Counted from the stretch's first letter, positions 1 through 14,104 are shown. The stretch: DNA of 64,000 nucleotides from Eledone cirrhosa (GCA_964016885.1 OZ024741.1:2728001-2792000); one strand, 5' to 3'. Numbers and translations: made by a program. Notes: generated by a model from the sequence alone, not told the origin.

Positions 1-19
1 TTATATATAAATACCACCA

Positions 20-321
<302 letters not shown>

Positions 322-486
322 AATTAGTATATCTACCAACATATGTATACAGATGCATACCTATGCTACCAAATATATAGGTTTTGTCTTAGTAACTTTG
401 TAGTTCAATGCAAGGGGATGCAGAACAATTATATGAAAGACGTAAAATAAGAGAATTATGAAAATTAACTTACTTACTGAAATTTC

Positions 487-567
487 ACTCCAACTAATTA
501 GTTTCTGTAAGGGAATAAATATCGTTACGTAACGTAATCATAGAGAATCCTTACGTCATCAGGGAGT
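487..567 (-). ncRNA. Type I hammerhead ribozyme motif (inverted copy)
   Basis: Reverse complement of the 1091-1171 motif. Confidence 0.75.
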
Positions 568-1090
568 CTATTCTCAGCTAAGTTACTAGGCAATGCGTGG
601 ACACAGGGAACTCATATAAAAATAATTCAGTGGATGAAAAAAAGCGAGCGGGGACTAAATTCCAGGACATTGAAAAAACTCACTGCCTACTTGGTCAGTG
701 GCAAATTCAAAAGAATCAATCACGTGACACTGAGGTTAATCAGTGAGGAGTGGGATGCTAATAAGACAGGTATGTATCTGTATACATATGTTGGTAGATA
801 TACTAATTCTTTATAATTATCTCCAAATTATTTGTTGAGTAAAAATTTGCCGAAATTACTACTATGGTTCATGGTAGTGGTCAGGCCCCTGTCTTATTAG
901 CATCCCACTCCTCACTGATTAACCTCAGTGTCACGTGATTGATTCTTTTGAATTTGCCACTGACCAAGTAGGCAGTGAATTTTTTCAATGTCCTGGAATT
1001 TAGTTCCCGCTCGCTTTTTTCTATCCACTGAATTATTTTTATATGAGTTCCCTGTGTCCACGCATTGCCTAGGAACTTAGCTGAGAATAG

Positions 1091-1171
1091 ACTCCCTGAT
1101 GACGTAAGGATTCTCTATGATTACGTTACGTAACCATATTTATTCCCTTACAGAAACTAATTAGTTGGAGT
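1091..1171 (+). ncRNA. Type I hammerhead ribozyme motif
   Basis: Stem I ACTCC/GGAGT; CTGATGA; stem II GTAAGG/CCTTAC with long loop; GAAA; palindromic stem III AACTAATTAGTT; GUU triplet. Confidence 0.8.
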
Positions 1172-1618
1172 GAAATTTTAGTAAGTAAGTTAATTTTCAT
1201 AATTCTCTTATTTTACGTCTTTCATATAATTGTTCTGCATCCCCTTGCATTGAACTACAAAGTTACTAAGACAAAACCTATATATTTGGTAGCATAAGTA
1301 TGCATCTGTATACATATGTTGGTAGATATACTAATTCTTTATAATTATCTCCAAATTATTTGTTGAGTAAAAATTTGCCGAAATTACTACTATGGTTCAT
1401 GGTAGTGGTCAGGCCCCTGTCTTATTAGCATCCCACTCCTCACTGATTAACCTCATCGTCACGTGATTGATTCTTTTGAATTTGCCACTGACAAAGTAGG
1501 CAGTGAATTTTTTCAATGTCCTGGAATTTAGTCCCCGCTCGCTATTTTCCATCCACTGAATTATTTTTATATGAGTTCCCTGTGTCCACGCATTGCCTAG
1601 GAACTTAGCTGAGAATAG

Positions 1619-1700
1619 ACTCCCTGATGACGTAAGGATTCTCTATGATTACGTTACGTAACCATATTTATTCCCTTACAGAAACTCTATTAGTTGGAGT
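1619..1700 (+). ncRNA. Type I hammerhead ribozyme motif (second tandem copy, stem III mutated)
   Basis: Same as 1091-1171 but with GAAACTCTATTAGTT. Confidence 0.7.
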
Positions 1701-1748
1701 GAAATTTTAGTAAGTAAGTTAATTTTCATAATTCTCTTATTTTACGTC

Positions 1749-1792
<44 letters not shown>

Positions 1793-2787
1793 GGATACTA
1801 TTTATAGTTATGTATATTTTAAGCTATAAACAGGGAAGATCAGTAATTTATTACTACCTTATTACCAGTAAGATAAATAGCTCAATGTAAGAACATCAGT
1901 TGTTCTACAGAGCAGTTATATAGAATTCACAAGAATCAAAGCTATGTACAAATCATTTATTCACTTACAATTGTTTCATCCAAACCTAGGCTTGGAGTCT
2001 TCGGAGTATTTTTCAATGCTTGTACATATAATTGACCTCCTATCCAACGCAAGAGACATACAGATACATATATATATATTGATGTACAATGGAGTGACAT
2101 ATATTATACTATACTATATTTGTATAGCAAATCAAATTTAAAATCAAAATTAAAACTAAAATACATGCGGCAGATATCACAGATAATGCAAGAGGATAGT
2201 TCGATAATCAGATCTAGTAGATAGTGTATGCGTTAGTCATACATGGAGCATGCAAGTGTGTCTAATTTATATACGAGTATTGTGTGGCAAGTTATTACAT
2301 GTAATACAAGCACTGTAAGCAAGAATATTATGGCGTCATCGTACAAACCACCTAATCAATTCTGTAACCTCTGTCTACTAGAGACCCATACTATAATCTT
2401 TTCGAGCCTTAACCTCCTTAATAAAAAATCGGAAGTGTTTGCGTCGTGCCAGCACCGCTTCCGACACTCCTTCCAAAGCTTTAAACCTAATATATAACAA
2501 TGTCAGATTTGAACCCATCACCGCTTCTAACACCGCACCTCAAGGGCTTGCCTTCCACCACTACACCACACTCTCTGATCCACCCTTTCCTCGACACAAA
2601 TCATCCTATCTATCTATAACTTTATACCCTAGAAATATCCCCATAAACACCAACTTTTAATATAATTACTTTTAATTACTTATAATTATATAGGGATTGA
2701 AATATAATACATTTTATATAAACTTTAAATACTAGATACAACAATGAATTATATATGCATCTGTAATTAAATGTATAGAGTAATAAC

Positions 2788-2973
2788 TGTTTCTACGTTA
2801 GGCACAAGGCCAGCAATTACACAGTGTATTACTGGTACTTTATTTTATCGACCCCATATGGATGAAAGGCAAAGTTAACCTCGGCGGGATTTGAACTCAG
2901 AATGGCAAGGGCCGTAACTTTATGCGCCAAAGCATGGCATCCGACACTCTACCAATACTGCCAATCCACCGCC
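2788..2973 (-). mobile_element. tRNA-derived SINE (octopus OR-like family)
   Basis: A box TGGCAGTATTGG, B box GAGTTCAAATCC, body GCCTTTCATCC..GGGGTCGATAAAATAAAGTACCAG; 16-bp TSD TGTATAGAGTAATAAC. Confidence 0.9.
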
Positions 2974-4137
2974 TTGTGTATAGAGTAATAACATTAGATA
3001 TATATAGGATTAATTTATTAACATAAGGGATCTGTCTAACTTATATGTAGGGTGGTGCAATGAATTATATATGAATTATATATGCATGTATAACTTGATG
3101 GATAGATTAATGACATTGTAAATGAGGGATGTATTTGTTTATCCAAGAGATGTATTTGATTTTGTCATGCAAACAACCGTACGCTGCTCCATAGCTTACC
3201 AAGGGTTATGTAGACAAAATTCTAATCGGCCCTTTGATGTGTTTTGAGAGTAGACTGTATTTACAGTGAATTTTGATATAAAGATATAGCACATTTTGTG
3301 GAAAATCCAATTATAGCGCTATATAATAAGGAGTAATCAACTACCTATAGATACCTTTAATACATTATGTATTTAAAATTAAATATAAATATATAACCTT
3401 TTATATAAGGGTCTCAATTGAGGCACCATATAATGTATGTTAGAACAATAAATTTAGTTATGAGAATCAGCTAGTTACCTCCCCTTACGCATTAACTCCC
3501 CTTAATTACACACCTACTTCCGGATAATAAACCACTGTAAATTCTCGCAGCAGAAAGAACCTATTCTGTAAATATGGATTAAATAACACTGAGCCTCAAT
3601 ACGTTACAATCATTTACTACATCAAACATTCAATACGAATACATCGTAACATATGTGATGGATGTGAAAACTATAACTTCCTTTTTCTGAATGTGAAAAT
3701 GGGGGTGGATGCGAAAACTATAACTTTCTTTTTCTTTTTCTTTTTCTTTTTCTGCACACATACTTTTTTGATCTATACAAAACATACCTCCCACTACAAC
3801 TACCATAATACTCTTGCTTACCCGCTTAAAGTGCTTGTATTACATGTAATAACTTGCCACACAATACTCGTATATAAATGAGACACACTTGCATGCTCCA
3901 TGTATGACTAACGCAGACACTATCTACTAGATCTGATTATTGGACTATCCTCTTGCATTATCTGTGTTATCTGCCGCATGTATTTTAGTTTTGATTTTAA
4001 TTTTAAATTTGATTTGCTATACAAATATAGTATAGTATAATATATGTCACTCCACTGTACATCAATATATATATATATATATCTGTATGTCTCTTGCGTT
4101 GGATAGGTGGTCAATTATATGTACAAGCATTGAAAAA

Positions 4138-4184
4138 TGCTCCGAAGATTCCAATCCTAGGTTTAGATGAAACAATTGTAAGTG
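4138..4184 (+). ncRNA. Minimal hammerhead motif with CCGAAGA core (inverted copy at 1962-2008)
   Basis: CCGAAGA-stem II-GAAA-palindrome ACAATTGT-GUA; short stem I. Confidence 0.6.
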
Positions 4185-4257
4185 AGTAAATGCTTTGAAC
4201 ATAGCTTTGATTCTTGTGAATTCTCTCTCTATATATATATATAAACTATATACTATA

Positions 4258-4580
4258 TAAGGGTAAAGACCCCCTTCGGTCACGAATGACCATGGAATTT
4301 GCACCTAGAAAATTCCCTCCGAGGTACAAGTCCGAGCAAACTTGTTTGTGAAGACCAGCAGTCGCCCCTCCACGCCACCGATGAGGTCCAAGGGAAAGCC
4401 AATGGCCGATACAGCTTGGCACCAGTGACGTCGCAACTCACTTCTACAGTTTAATAAACTGGAGCAACTTGAAATAGAGTGTCTTGCTCAGGGATACAAC
4501 GCATCACCCGCTCCGAGATTCGAACTCACCACCTTCCGATTGCAATCCCAGTGCTCTAACCACTAAGCCATGTGCCTTCA
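4258..4580 (-). mobile_element. tRNA-derived SINE, second family
   Basis: Minus strand TGGCTTAGTGG A box, GAGTTCGAATC B box, central CTGAGCAAGACAC..GTTGCTCCAG domain. Confidence 0.85.
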
Positions 4581-4737
4581 TAATATTTATATATTATAAA
4601 TATCATAAAATGTGTAATAGGAATAGTGTTAAATTAACTTTTAGCTGCTCATAATTTTGCTAGAGAAATTGTAATATTCTTATTCGTGTAAATGTCTTAA
4701 TGTCGTAAAATATCCATTAAACAATTTATCCTTTTGA

Positions 4738-4943
4738 AATCGATACACTATTGTGTTAATAATCGATACACTATTGTGTTAATAATCGATACTATTGTGT
4801 TAATAATCGATACACTATTGTGTTAATAATCGATACACTATTGTGCTAATAATCGATACACTATTGTGTTAATAATCAATACACTATTGTGCTACTAATC
4901 GATACACTATTGTACTAATAATCGATACACTATCGTACTAATA
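4738..4943. repeat. 23-bp minisatellite (AATCGATACACTATTGTGTTAAT) x ~9
   Basis: Direct inspection. Confidence 0.95.
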
Positions 4944-4989
4944 ACTCAGTTTCTAAAAACTGTACCAGTTTCACCTCGACATCAAATCT

Positions 4990-5262
4990 TTAGCTTCAGT
5001 TAACATCAATATCCTTTCAGACTTCTTGAAATATCGTTAGACACAAGTTTATCAATGTACATCTGGGTTTTTTCAGAAATATTAATGCCAGAGACTATAA
5101 GACATTGAAGAAGGTCACATTTTATAAACAGTATAACGATAATTGTAATTTTTGTCTTTCTGAAAGATGAATATTTTTATTTTACAAGAATTCCATCTTA
5201 AACACCCGTTCAGAACTAATATCTTTTTGCCATTATAAATCAAAATATTCGCTAAGATATTT
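4990..5262 (+). pseudogene. Degenerate Penelope-like GIY-YIG C-terminal remnant
   Basis: Manual translation HQYPFR..TSLSMYIW and CNFCLSER*..ILNTRSELISFCHYK. Confidence 0.6.
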
Positions 5263-6252
5263 TTTAAATGCCAAACGTTTGAACGTCGGGCAGACCCGTC
5301 AGAGAATTATTTACGCTACAAATAAATCAAATATTTCTTTTGTTTAACTTCATAAATCAGAATATTCTGTTGAATTATCGCCAAATGCTTCTCTTGTGAA
5401 CTTTTGACCGCCTTCTTTAATACTCTTTCACAGTTTTCTATTGTTAAAGTGGATATTCGAATTAAAAATTATTCTTTAAATTCTGTTGAAATTTGTAGAG
5501 GATTCTTTTGATTTTATTGAGATAATTTTAAAAGCCTAATGGTTGAATGTCAGACAAACTTGTAACATAATTATTTACGATTTAAATAAATTAAGCATTT
5601 TGGATAGCATGTCCATGCTATTAAAAATATTGGCACTTTCTGATGAGAAATTCCCAAATGCCCAACGAGTGAACTTTGGTCTACCACGTATAAGGCTGAT
5701 GCTCACTGTTTTACTATTAATGTGGATATTAAAAAGCTTTTATTTAATTTGTATTTTTTATATTCATATACAAATAAAAGGCTATTTTATTCACATCCTC
5801 CTAATTCATGTGGCACGTTTTACTATAACAAACCACAGACATGTAAAACCAGGAACAAGCTAATAATGACCGAGGTGGTTTATAAACTCAATTGCAAATG
5901 TGAAAGTTGTAAACTTCACGACTGCAACTGTTCTGTTGACCATACAAGTCACATATATATTAGCTATCAAATCATCCCATACTGACACCAAATAAATCTA
6001 TGGGGTTTGTTTTGTTTTTTTTAACCAATGCAGAATCTTTATTGACAGAGTCCCTTATGTGTATTAATGCCTATGTCGTCAACGTTATTGTACCTTCTGA
6101 TAAACCCTAGGTGTTAATGAGTACATGTTAGATTGAAGGATAGAAATCAACAATGTAAACCTGAACCAAGAATCGTTTATTTTATTAATATCTTTAAACT
6201 AGTTGATACGAGTGTCCTTTCTTTGGTGGAATTTCGTTATTTTTACATTGTT

Positions 6253-6610
6253 GTGGCAGTATCAGTAGAGGGTCGGACGCCATGCTTTGATGCATAGAGT
6301 TACGGCCCTTGCCATTCTGAGTTAAAATCACGCCTTTCATCCTTACGGGGTCGATAAAATAAAGTACCAGTAATGCACTGGGTATTTTCTGGCCTTGTGC
6401 CAAAAGTAGAAACAATTATTATCGGTGGATTGGCAGTGTCGGTAGAGGGTCAGGCACCATGCTTTCCAGCATAGTTACGTCCCTTTATGGTCTGAGTTCA
6501 AATCCCGCCAAGGTTAACTTTGCCTTTCATCCTTACGGGGGCGATAAAATAAAGTACCAGTAATACACTGGGATAATTGCTGGCCTTGTGCCAAAAGTAG
6601 AAACAATTAT
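6253..6610 (+). mobile_element. Two tandem OR-like SINE copies (6253-6420, 6423-6610)
   Basis: Homology to the 2788-2973 family. Confidence 0.9.
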
Positions 6611-6698
6611 TAATCTTAATATTTTCTCACTGGTTAGTCTATCTCTCTCTTTATCCCCCCCTTTCTCTCTCTCTCTCTTTATCTCCTCTCTCTCCCTT

Positions 6699-6780
<82 letters not shown>

Positions 6781-7635
6781 GCTTTCTCTGGATTAATTAG
6801 ACAACATTCTGTATCAGAGGAAACAATTTCTTTGTATCATATACATATGAGAAATGCCTCGCATTTAAAGACATTTTAACTTATTGTCTAATTTCTACTT
6901 CCGTTCTGTATCTTTTACATCAATAAGGGATCCAAGATTGAGAGAACCCCAACTGACTGGAATGAAATATTATAGACACGACTCTAGGTTCATCAAGTGG
7001 GACATTGTTAATTTTAGTTCATCGCTCTTTCAACTTCTACTAATCAAACCCTAAACTCCACCATATGATACAACAATAGAGATGGGGTAGAAATAGAAAT
7101 TAGAGTTTGTGATAGAAATACTCTGCTCTTCTTTAAAGAGTCTCCTTTGGTAAACAAATATCAGATCAACGATTTTGAAATTAAATAAAAGATCCCAAAG
7201 TAAAGTAAACTCTATAAGAATTGTAAGAAAAACTGTTAGTATCGTATAGATGAAAACTACTTCATATTGAATATCTATGAAAAATCTGCATAAATGATTT
7301 GAATGTTTGCACAAATGTCGCCACCTTGATAAAGTCATGTTAAAAATATGGAATGTTACACCACCAACGAATTAAACAGATTATAAGGGAAACAATCCAT
7401 GCTTACCTGTGGTCATACTAATTGAGTTGTGTTCCTTACATCAATACGAGGCTGGATATAAAGCATATGAGTCTTTCCAAGCACGAAGAGTTGATGCTGT
7501 AATGTCCGATGATTGCACAGATATTTATCCGTTCATGAAACTCTGACTAATATAATAGTTTTATCAATATATATATATATATATGTGTGTGTGCGTGTAC
7601 GTGACTATATTTATCACTGTCTGTTTGTTTGTATG

Positions 7636-7748
<113 letters not shown>

Positions 7749-8469
7749 TAAGTGAATTCCTGGTGGTGGTACCAAGACAAGCACTCGATGCACTCGAAGA
7801 GCAGATCAATAAAGGAGTGAGGTCCATAACTTCTATGGGTGACCCTGAGCCAGCCCTCTGCGAAACGCCCATAACAGGTGGATACAAAATAAAAATCTAA
7901 ATACAAGTAAACGAAACTTCATCGTTATTATTAATATTGTGTGTGTGTGTGTGTGTGGTGGTGGGCGGGGGGGGGGGGGGGTTATCCAACTGTGTACGGT
8001 TTATGTGTATGGATGCAAATATTACGAAATTTTGCACACCATACTGTTATCTATGTATTAGAATGATGGAATAACTTTTCTTAACTAAGGACAACATCAA
8101 ACACTACATGGTGGGGACACAAACAAGCAGGGGACCCTATACATGGTGGCTCAACCTGATAGAAATAATAGCCAGATGTTTCATATATTACAATCTGCTA
8201 CCTTAAATAATTGTTTCTAGCATAGACAAAAGGCCAGAAATGTTGAAGGGGGGATTTAATTAACTAATTAGACCCCATTATTGGACAGGTACTTTGTTGC
8301 ACCTGAGTGAGATTCGAAATCACAACTACAAGATAGGCAATAATAGACCTACCTCATCCCTTTATATAAAATATAACAATCCCCCATAGACCCTAAAAAG
8401 TCGTAAGAATCTCTCCAAGAATTCCTCTGATCATAGTCTTCTCAATAAGGGTTTACCTGTTCAGCGAAG

Positions 8470-10975
8470 AGGTAGAGTTGTTAGAACGTCTCATAGAATG
8501 GTAGAGTGGTTAGAACGTCAGATAGAATGGTAGAGTTGTTAGAACGTCAGATAGAATGGTAGAGTTGTTAGAACGACAGATAGAATGGTAGAGTTGTTAG
8601 AACGTCAGATAGAATGGTAGAGTGGTTAGAACGTCAGATAGAATGGTAGAGTTGTTAGAACGTCTGATAGAATGGTAGAGTGGTTAGAACGTCTGATAGA
8701 ATGGTAGAGTGGTTAGAACGTCTGATAGAATGGTAGAGTGGTTAGAACGTCAGATAGAATGGTAGAGTTGTTAGAACGTCTGATAGAATGGTAGAGTGGT
8801 TAGAACGTCTGATAGAATGGTAGAGTGGTTAGAACGACAGATAGAATGGTAGAGTGGTTAGAACGTCTGATAGAATTGTAGAGTGGTTAGAACGTCTGAT
8901 AGAATGGTAGAGTTGTTAGAACGACAGATAGAATGGTAGAGTGGTTAGAACGACAGATAGAATGGTAGAGTCGTTAGAACGTCAGATAGAATGGTAGAGT
9001 TGTTAGAACGTCAGATAGAATGGTAGAGTGGTTAGAACGTCTGATAGAATGGTAGAGTGGTTAGAACGTCTGATAGAATGGTAGAGTCGTTAGAAGGTCA
9101 GATAGAATGGTAGAGTTGTTAGAACGACAGATAGAATGGTAGAGTCGTTAGAACGACAGATAGAATGGTAGAGTCGGTAGAACGACAGATAGAATGGTAG
9201 AGTTGTTAGAACGACAGATAGAATGGTAGAGTTGTTAGAACGTCAGATAGAATGGCAGAGTTGTTAGAACGTCTGATAGAATGGTAGAGTTGTTAGAACG
9301 TCTGATAGAATGGTAGATTGGTTAGAACGTCAGATAGAATGGTAGAGTGGTTAGAACGTCTGATAGAATGGTAGAGTGGTTAGAACGTCTGATAGAATGG
9401 TAGAGTTGTTAGAACGACAGATAGAATGGTAGAGTTGTTAGAACGTCTGATAGAATGGTAGAGTTGTTAGAACGTCTGATAGAATGGTAGAGTGGTTAGA
9501 ACGTCAGATAGAATGGTAGAGTGGTTAGAACGTCTGATAGAATGGTAGAGTGGTTAGAACGTCAGATAGAATGGTAGAGTGGTTAGAACGTCTGATAGAA
9601 TGGTAGAGTCGTTAGAAAGTCAGATAGAATGGTAGAGTGGTTAGAACGTCAGATAGAATTTTAGAGTGGTTAGAACGTCTGATAGAATGGTAGAGTGGTT
9701 AGAACGTCAGATAGAATTTTAGAGTGGTTAGAACGTCTGATAGAATGGTAGAGTGGTTAGAACGTCAGATAGAATGGTAGAGTGGTTAGAACGTCTGATA
9801 GAATGGTAGAGTGGTTAGAACGTCAGATAGAATGGTAGAGTGGTTATAACGTCTGATAGAATGGTAGAGTGGTTAGTACGTCAGATAGAACGGTAGAGTG
9901 GTTAGAACGTCAGATAGAATGGTAGAGTGGTTAGAACGTCAGATAGAATGGTAGAGTGGTTAGAACGTCAGATAGAATGGTAGAGTCATTAGAACGTCTG
10001 ATAGATTGGTAGAGTGCTTAGAACGTCAGATAGAATGGTAGAGTCGTTAGAACGTCAGATAGAATGGTAGAATGCTTAGAACGTCAGATAGATTGGTAGA
10101 GTCGTTAGAACGTCTGATAGAATAGTAGAGTGGTTAGAACGTCAGATAGAATGGTAGAGTGGTTAGAACGTCAGATATAATGGTAGAACTGTTAGAACGT
10201 CTGATAGAATGGTAGAGTTGTTAGAACGTCAGATAGAATGGTAGAGTCGGTAGAACGTCAGATAGAATGGTAGAGTCGGTAGAACGTCAGATAGAATGGT
10301 AGAGTGCTTAGAACGTCAGATATAATGGTAGAGTGGTTAGAACGTCAGATAGAATGGTTGAGTGGTTTGAACGTCAGAGAGAATGGTAGAGTCGTTAGAA
10401 CGTCAGATAGAATGGTAGAGTGGTTAGAACGTCAGATAGAATGGTAGATTGGTTAGAACGTCAGATAGAATGGTAGAGTGGTTTGAACGTCAGAGAGAAT
10501 GGTAGAGTCGTTAGAACGTCAGATAGAATGGTAGAGTGGTTAGAACGTCAGATAGAATGGTAGATTGGTTAGAACGTCAGATAGAATGGTAGAGTCGGTA
10601 GAACGTCAGATAGAATGGTAGAGTCGTTAGAACGTCAGATAGAATGATAGAGTTGTTAGAACGTCAGATAGAATGGTAGAGTCGGTAGAATGTCAGATAG
10701 AATGGTAGAGTGGTTAGAACGTCTGATAGAATGGTAGAGTTGTTAGAACGTCAGATAGTATGGTAGAGTGGTTAGAACATCTGATAGATTGGTAGAGTTG
10801 TTAGAACGTCAGATAGAATGGTAGATTGGTTAGAACGTCAGATAGAATGGTAGCGTCGTAAGAACGTCAGATAGAATGGTAGAGTGGTTAGAACGTCAGA
10901 TAGAATGGTAGCGTCGTTAGAATGTCAGATAGAATGGTAGAGTAGTTAGAACGTCGGATAGAATGGTAGAGCGGT
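8470..10975 (+). repeat. 29-bp satellite (GATAGAATGGTAGAGTGGTTAGAACGTCA) x ~86, derived from a SINE 5' head
   Basis: Direct tandem array; runs into the SINE body at 10975-11066; unit matches the SINE head at 53088-53116. Confidence 0.95.
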
Positions 10976-11066
10976 ATTTGTTTCGACTTTCTGCCAACTT
11001 TGTGAGTTCAAATCCCACAAAGGTTCACTTTGTTTTCCATCCCTTTTGAGTCGATAAAAATGTACT
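10940..11066 (+). mobile_element. OR-like SINE body at the end of the satellite
   Basis: B box GAGTTCAAATCC then degenerate TTTCCATCC..GAGTCGATAAAAATGTAC. Confidence 0.8.
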
Positions 11067-11617
11067 TCAGATTAAGTTTGCTAGTTAGATCTTCCTATTC
11101 TGCTAGCTATTGTACCCTTAGTTTTTTTTAGTCTTTGGAGAGTTGGAAGGAACACAATTAAAGGATCTGGAATTGAAATAAAAAGGAACGTAACTAAACA
11201 CAACAGCATCATATCGTCTGTCAGTTCTCTGATTCTGACAATCCATACCCTCTTATTTCGGCAGAATATTGTTAACGTAGGAAGTTAGTTTAATCTGTTC
11301 ATAATGATTGATTGGAATACGACGAGTTTCAAAAGTGAAAGTAAAACTAACAAAAACGACAAAAACACTTTTGCCACGAATTTAAATATCACTAAAACGA
11401 GAGCAACAAAGGTGGCTTCTGTTGTGAATGTTGCAGTGTTTGTTGGTCTATTTGTGTCTTTAAGACCTAACCAAAAGCTCAACATTAGCAGATGGTCTGA
11501 CCTAATTCGACCACAACTTGGTCCCTATTTCAATAGATTCAGTTTAATCTTGTTTCTTCAAAAAGTTTCTTCATTAAATGGAAATTATATTCAAAGTGAT
11601 CGTTTTTATGGTAATAC

Positions 11618-11649
11618 ATGCATACATATATACATCTACGCATACATGT

Positions 11650-11721
<72 letters not shown>

Positions 11722-11765
11722 TTACATATATACATATATACATATATACATATATACATACATAT

Positions 11766-11816
<51 letters not shown>

Positions 11817-11847
11817 TACATATACATATATACATATATACATATAT

Positions 11848-11890
<43 letters not shown>

Positions 11891-12300
11891 TACATATACA
11901 TATATACATATATACATACATATATACATACATATATATACATATACACATATATACATACATGTATACATATATATATATACATATACACATATATACA
12001 TACATATATACATATATATATACATATATACATATGTACATATATATATACATATGTACATATATATATACATACATATTACATATATATACATATACAT
12101 ACATATATACATACATATATACATATATACATGCATATATACATATATAAATATATACATACATATATACTTACATATATACATACAGGCATATATACAT
12201 ACATACATGTATACATACATACATATAAACATACAGGCATATATACATACACACATGTATACATATATACATACATACATATATACATATATACATGCAT
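11618..12300. repeat. Long compound (TA)n/(TACA)n microsatellite
   Basis: Direct inspection. Confidence 0.97.
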
Positions 12301-12651
12301 AATCAAATTAGGATTAAATACATGGCAATATACAGGGGGATGTGAGTGTGTCTGTGTGTGTGTGTATGTATGTGTGTATGCGTGTTTGTGTGGGTTTGTG
12401 CGTGTTAGTGTGTGTGCATGTGTGTATGTGTGTTGTATGTTAGTGTTTGTGTGGGTTTGTGCGTGTTAGTGTGTTCGTGTGTTAGTGTGTGTGTGTTAGT
12501 TTATTAGTGTATAACAGTATTACCACAACAGATTGCTGCAAAGGTCACATAAAATATAAAACACATTCACTCTACATACGCTATGTATTGAGTACTTTTC
12601 TATTAACAGTGATTACAACAGATTTAAATCATATTTATATACATACATATA

Positions 12652-12708
<57 letters not shown>

Positions 12709-12723
12709 CATATATATATACAT

Positions 12724-12755
<32 letters not shown>

Positions 12756-13091
12756 TAATTACGTATATATTTTATAATAGAATTTAATATACATAAATGT
12801 TGACATATGCATCTATATTTATATTCATTTGTGTGTACGAATGTGTATGTATATATATGTGTATATATATATATGTGTGTATGTATACACGGAACATATG
12901 TGTGTATACATTATGCCTTTATTAAGTGCTAACATTATAACGGTTTAATGGCTGCCTTTATTCTTTATTCTTAACGAAATAATTCGCCTCTAATATTATA
13001 CACAACTTCAGGTTTATTGTCATCCTAGCCAGCGTCTCATTTCTTCTGTATTCTGATAAACTTCTTTTATTCCTTAGGTATATAGAAATTG

Positions 13092-13325
13092 GCATCATCA
13101 TCATCATAATCATCATCATCATCGTCATCATCATCCTCATAATCATCGTCTTCATAATCATCATCATCATCTTCCTCATAATCATCGTCTTCATAATCAT
13201 CATCATCATCATTATCATCATTATCATCATCATCATCATCATCATCGTCAACATTATCATTATCATCATTATTATCCTCATCATCATTATTATTTTTATT
13301 ATTATCACCATCATCATCATCATCA
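13092..13325. repeat. (ATC)n microsatellite
   Basis: Direct inspection. Confidence 0.95.
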
Positions 13326-13591
13326 GGACTCTGTCCCCACGAACCTTTCAAGAAGAAGAAGAATGGTAACCTCAATGATCACTATAGGTCGTAACGTATG
13401 GTTTACATATTGCTGTATTTTCTCCCCATCTCTTTCGTTTCTTCTTAATGCTTCCCGTAAGCAATTAAACACTTTTATGATTAATATGTATTTATAAAGT
13501 CATGTTTTCTGGGATCATTTCCCTCCATTCATTAAACCATTATAACCATTCGTTAGCTTATTCATTGTCATAATCACCGTCATTACCATCT

Positions 13592-13790
13592 GTGAAGGCA
13601 CGTGGCCCTGGGATTAGTGGCTAGGACTAACAATCGGAAGTCTGTGGGTTCTATTACTGGTTCAGTCCTACTGTTGTGTTCTTCAACAAAACAATACAAT
13701 ATTTCGCGTTGGTTCTTCTGTCAAGAGTTTTGATCGCTGGATAGAATCAATAATGTAGATACTGTTTTCTCTGTCCGATCTGACGATAAG
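13592..13790 (+). mobile_element. Degenerate tRNA-derived SINE (second family)
   Basis: GAAGGCACGTGGC head, GGTTCTATTAC B-box-like, TTGTGTTCTTCAACAAAAC. Confidence 0.6.
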
Positions 13791-14054
13791 CCCTTGTTCC
13801 TTTTATCACAATCGCCATCACCATCACCACCACCATAACAACACCAACAACCATTATCATCATCATCATTGCTATCATCGTCTTAGTCGGGATCTTTATC
13901 ACGCCCGTTTTCAGTAAACGATGATAGAACAGTTTTTAAATGATGATCAAGTTAGTTTGAAATGAAATTGTTGCTGTGATAGCAGATATATAATATATAA
14001 TAATAAAGTACTAAAATAATAAACTACCAAGATATATAGACATTGGCTCTCGTA

Positions 14055-14098
<44 letters not shown>

Positions 14099-14104
<6 letters not shown>

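Larger units (their letters stand above)
322..1755 (+). mobile_element. Non-coding retrozyme-like array: 528-bp unit in ~1.85 tandem copies (771-1755) preceded by an inverted copy (322-770)
   Basis: CTGATGA cores at 1096 and 1624 (period 528); 322-770 is the reverse complement of ~888-1337; flanked by (TA)n. Confidence 0.85.
1922..4224 (+). mobile_element. 5'-truncated Penelope-like element with inverted terminal copy (arms 1922-2333 / 3803-4224)
   Basis: ~400-bp inverted repeat; 2340-2490 encodes CNLCLLE..LLNKKSEVFASCQHR, the C-terminal motif of PLE GIY-YIG proteins; hammerhead in each arm. Confidence 0.75.

Noticed and set aside
5722-5985. GIY-YIG start (VVYKLNCKC)
   Set aside because: Suggestive next to a PLE remnant, but no clear YIG motif; too weak to call
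8470-10975. CRISPR array
   Set aside because: Contiguous tandem units with no unique spacers, no cas genes, and a eukaryotic context
11304-12469. Long ORFs rich in YI/HT/CV (also many others in the ORF track)
   Set aside because: Translations of stop-free (TA)n/(CA)n/(TACA)n microsatellites; the unique first ~100 codons show no motif I recognise
13067-13375. Acidic poly-Asp or poly-Met ORFs
   Set aside because: Translation of the (ATC)n microsatellite
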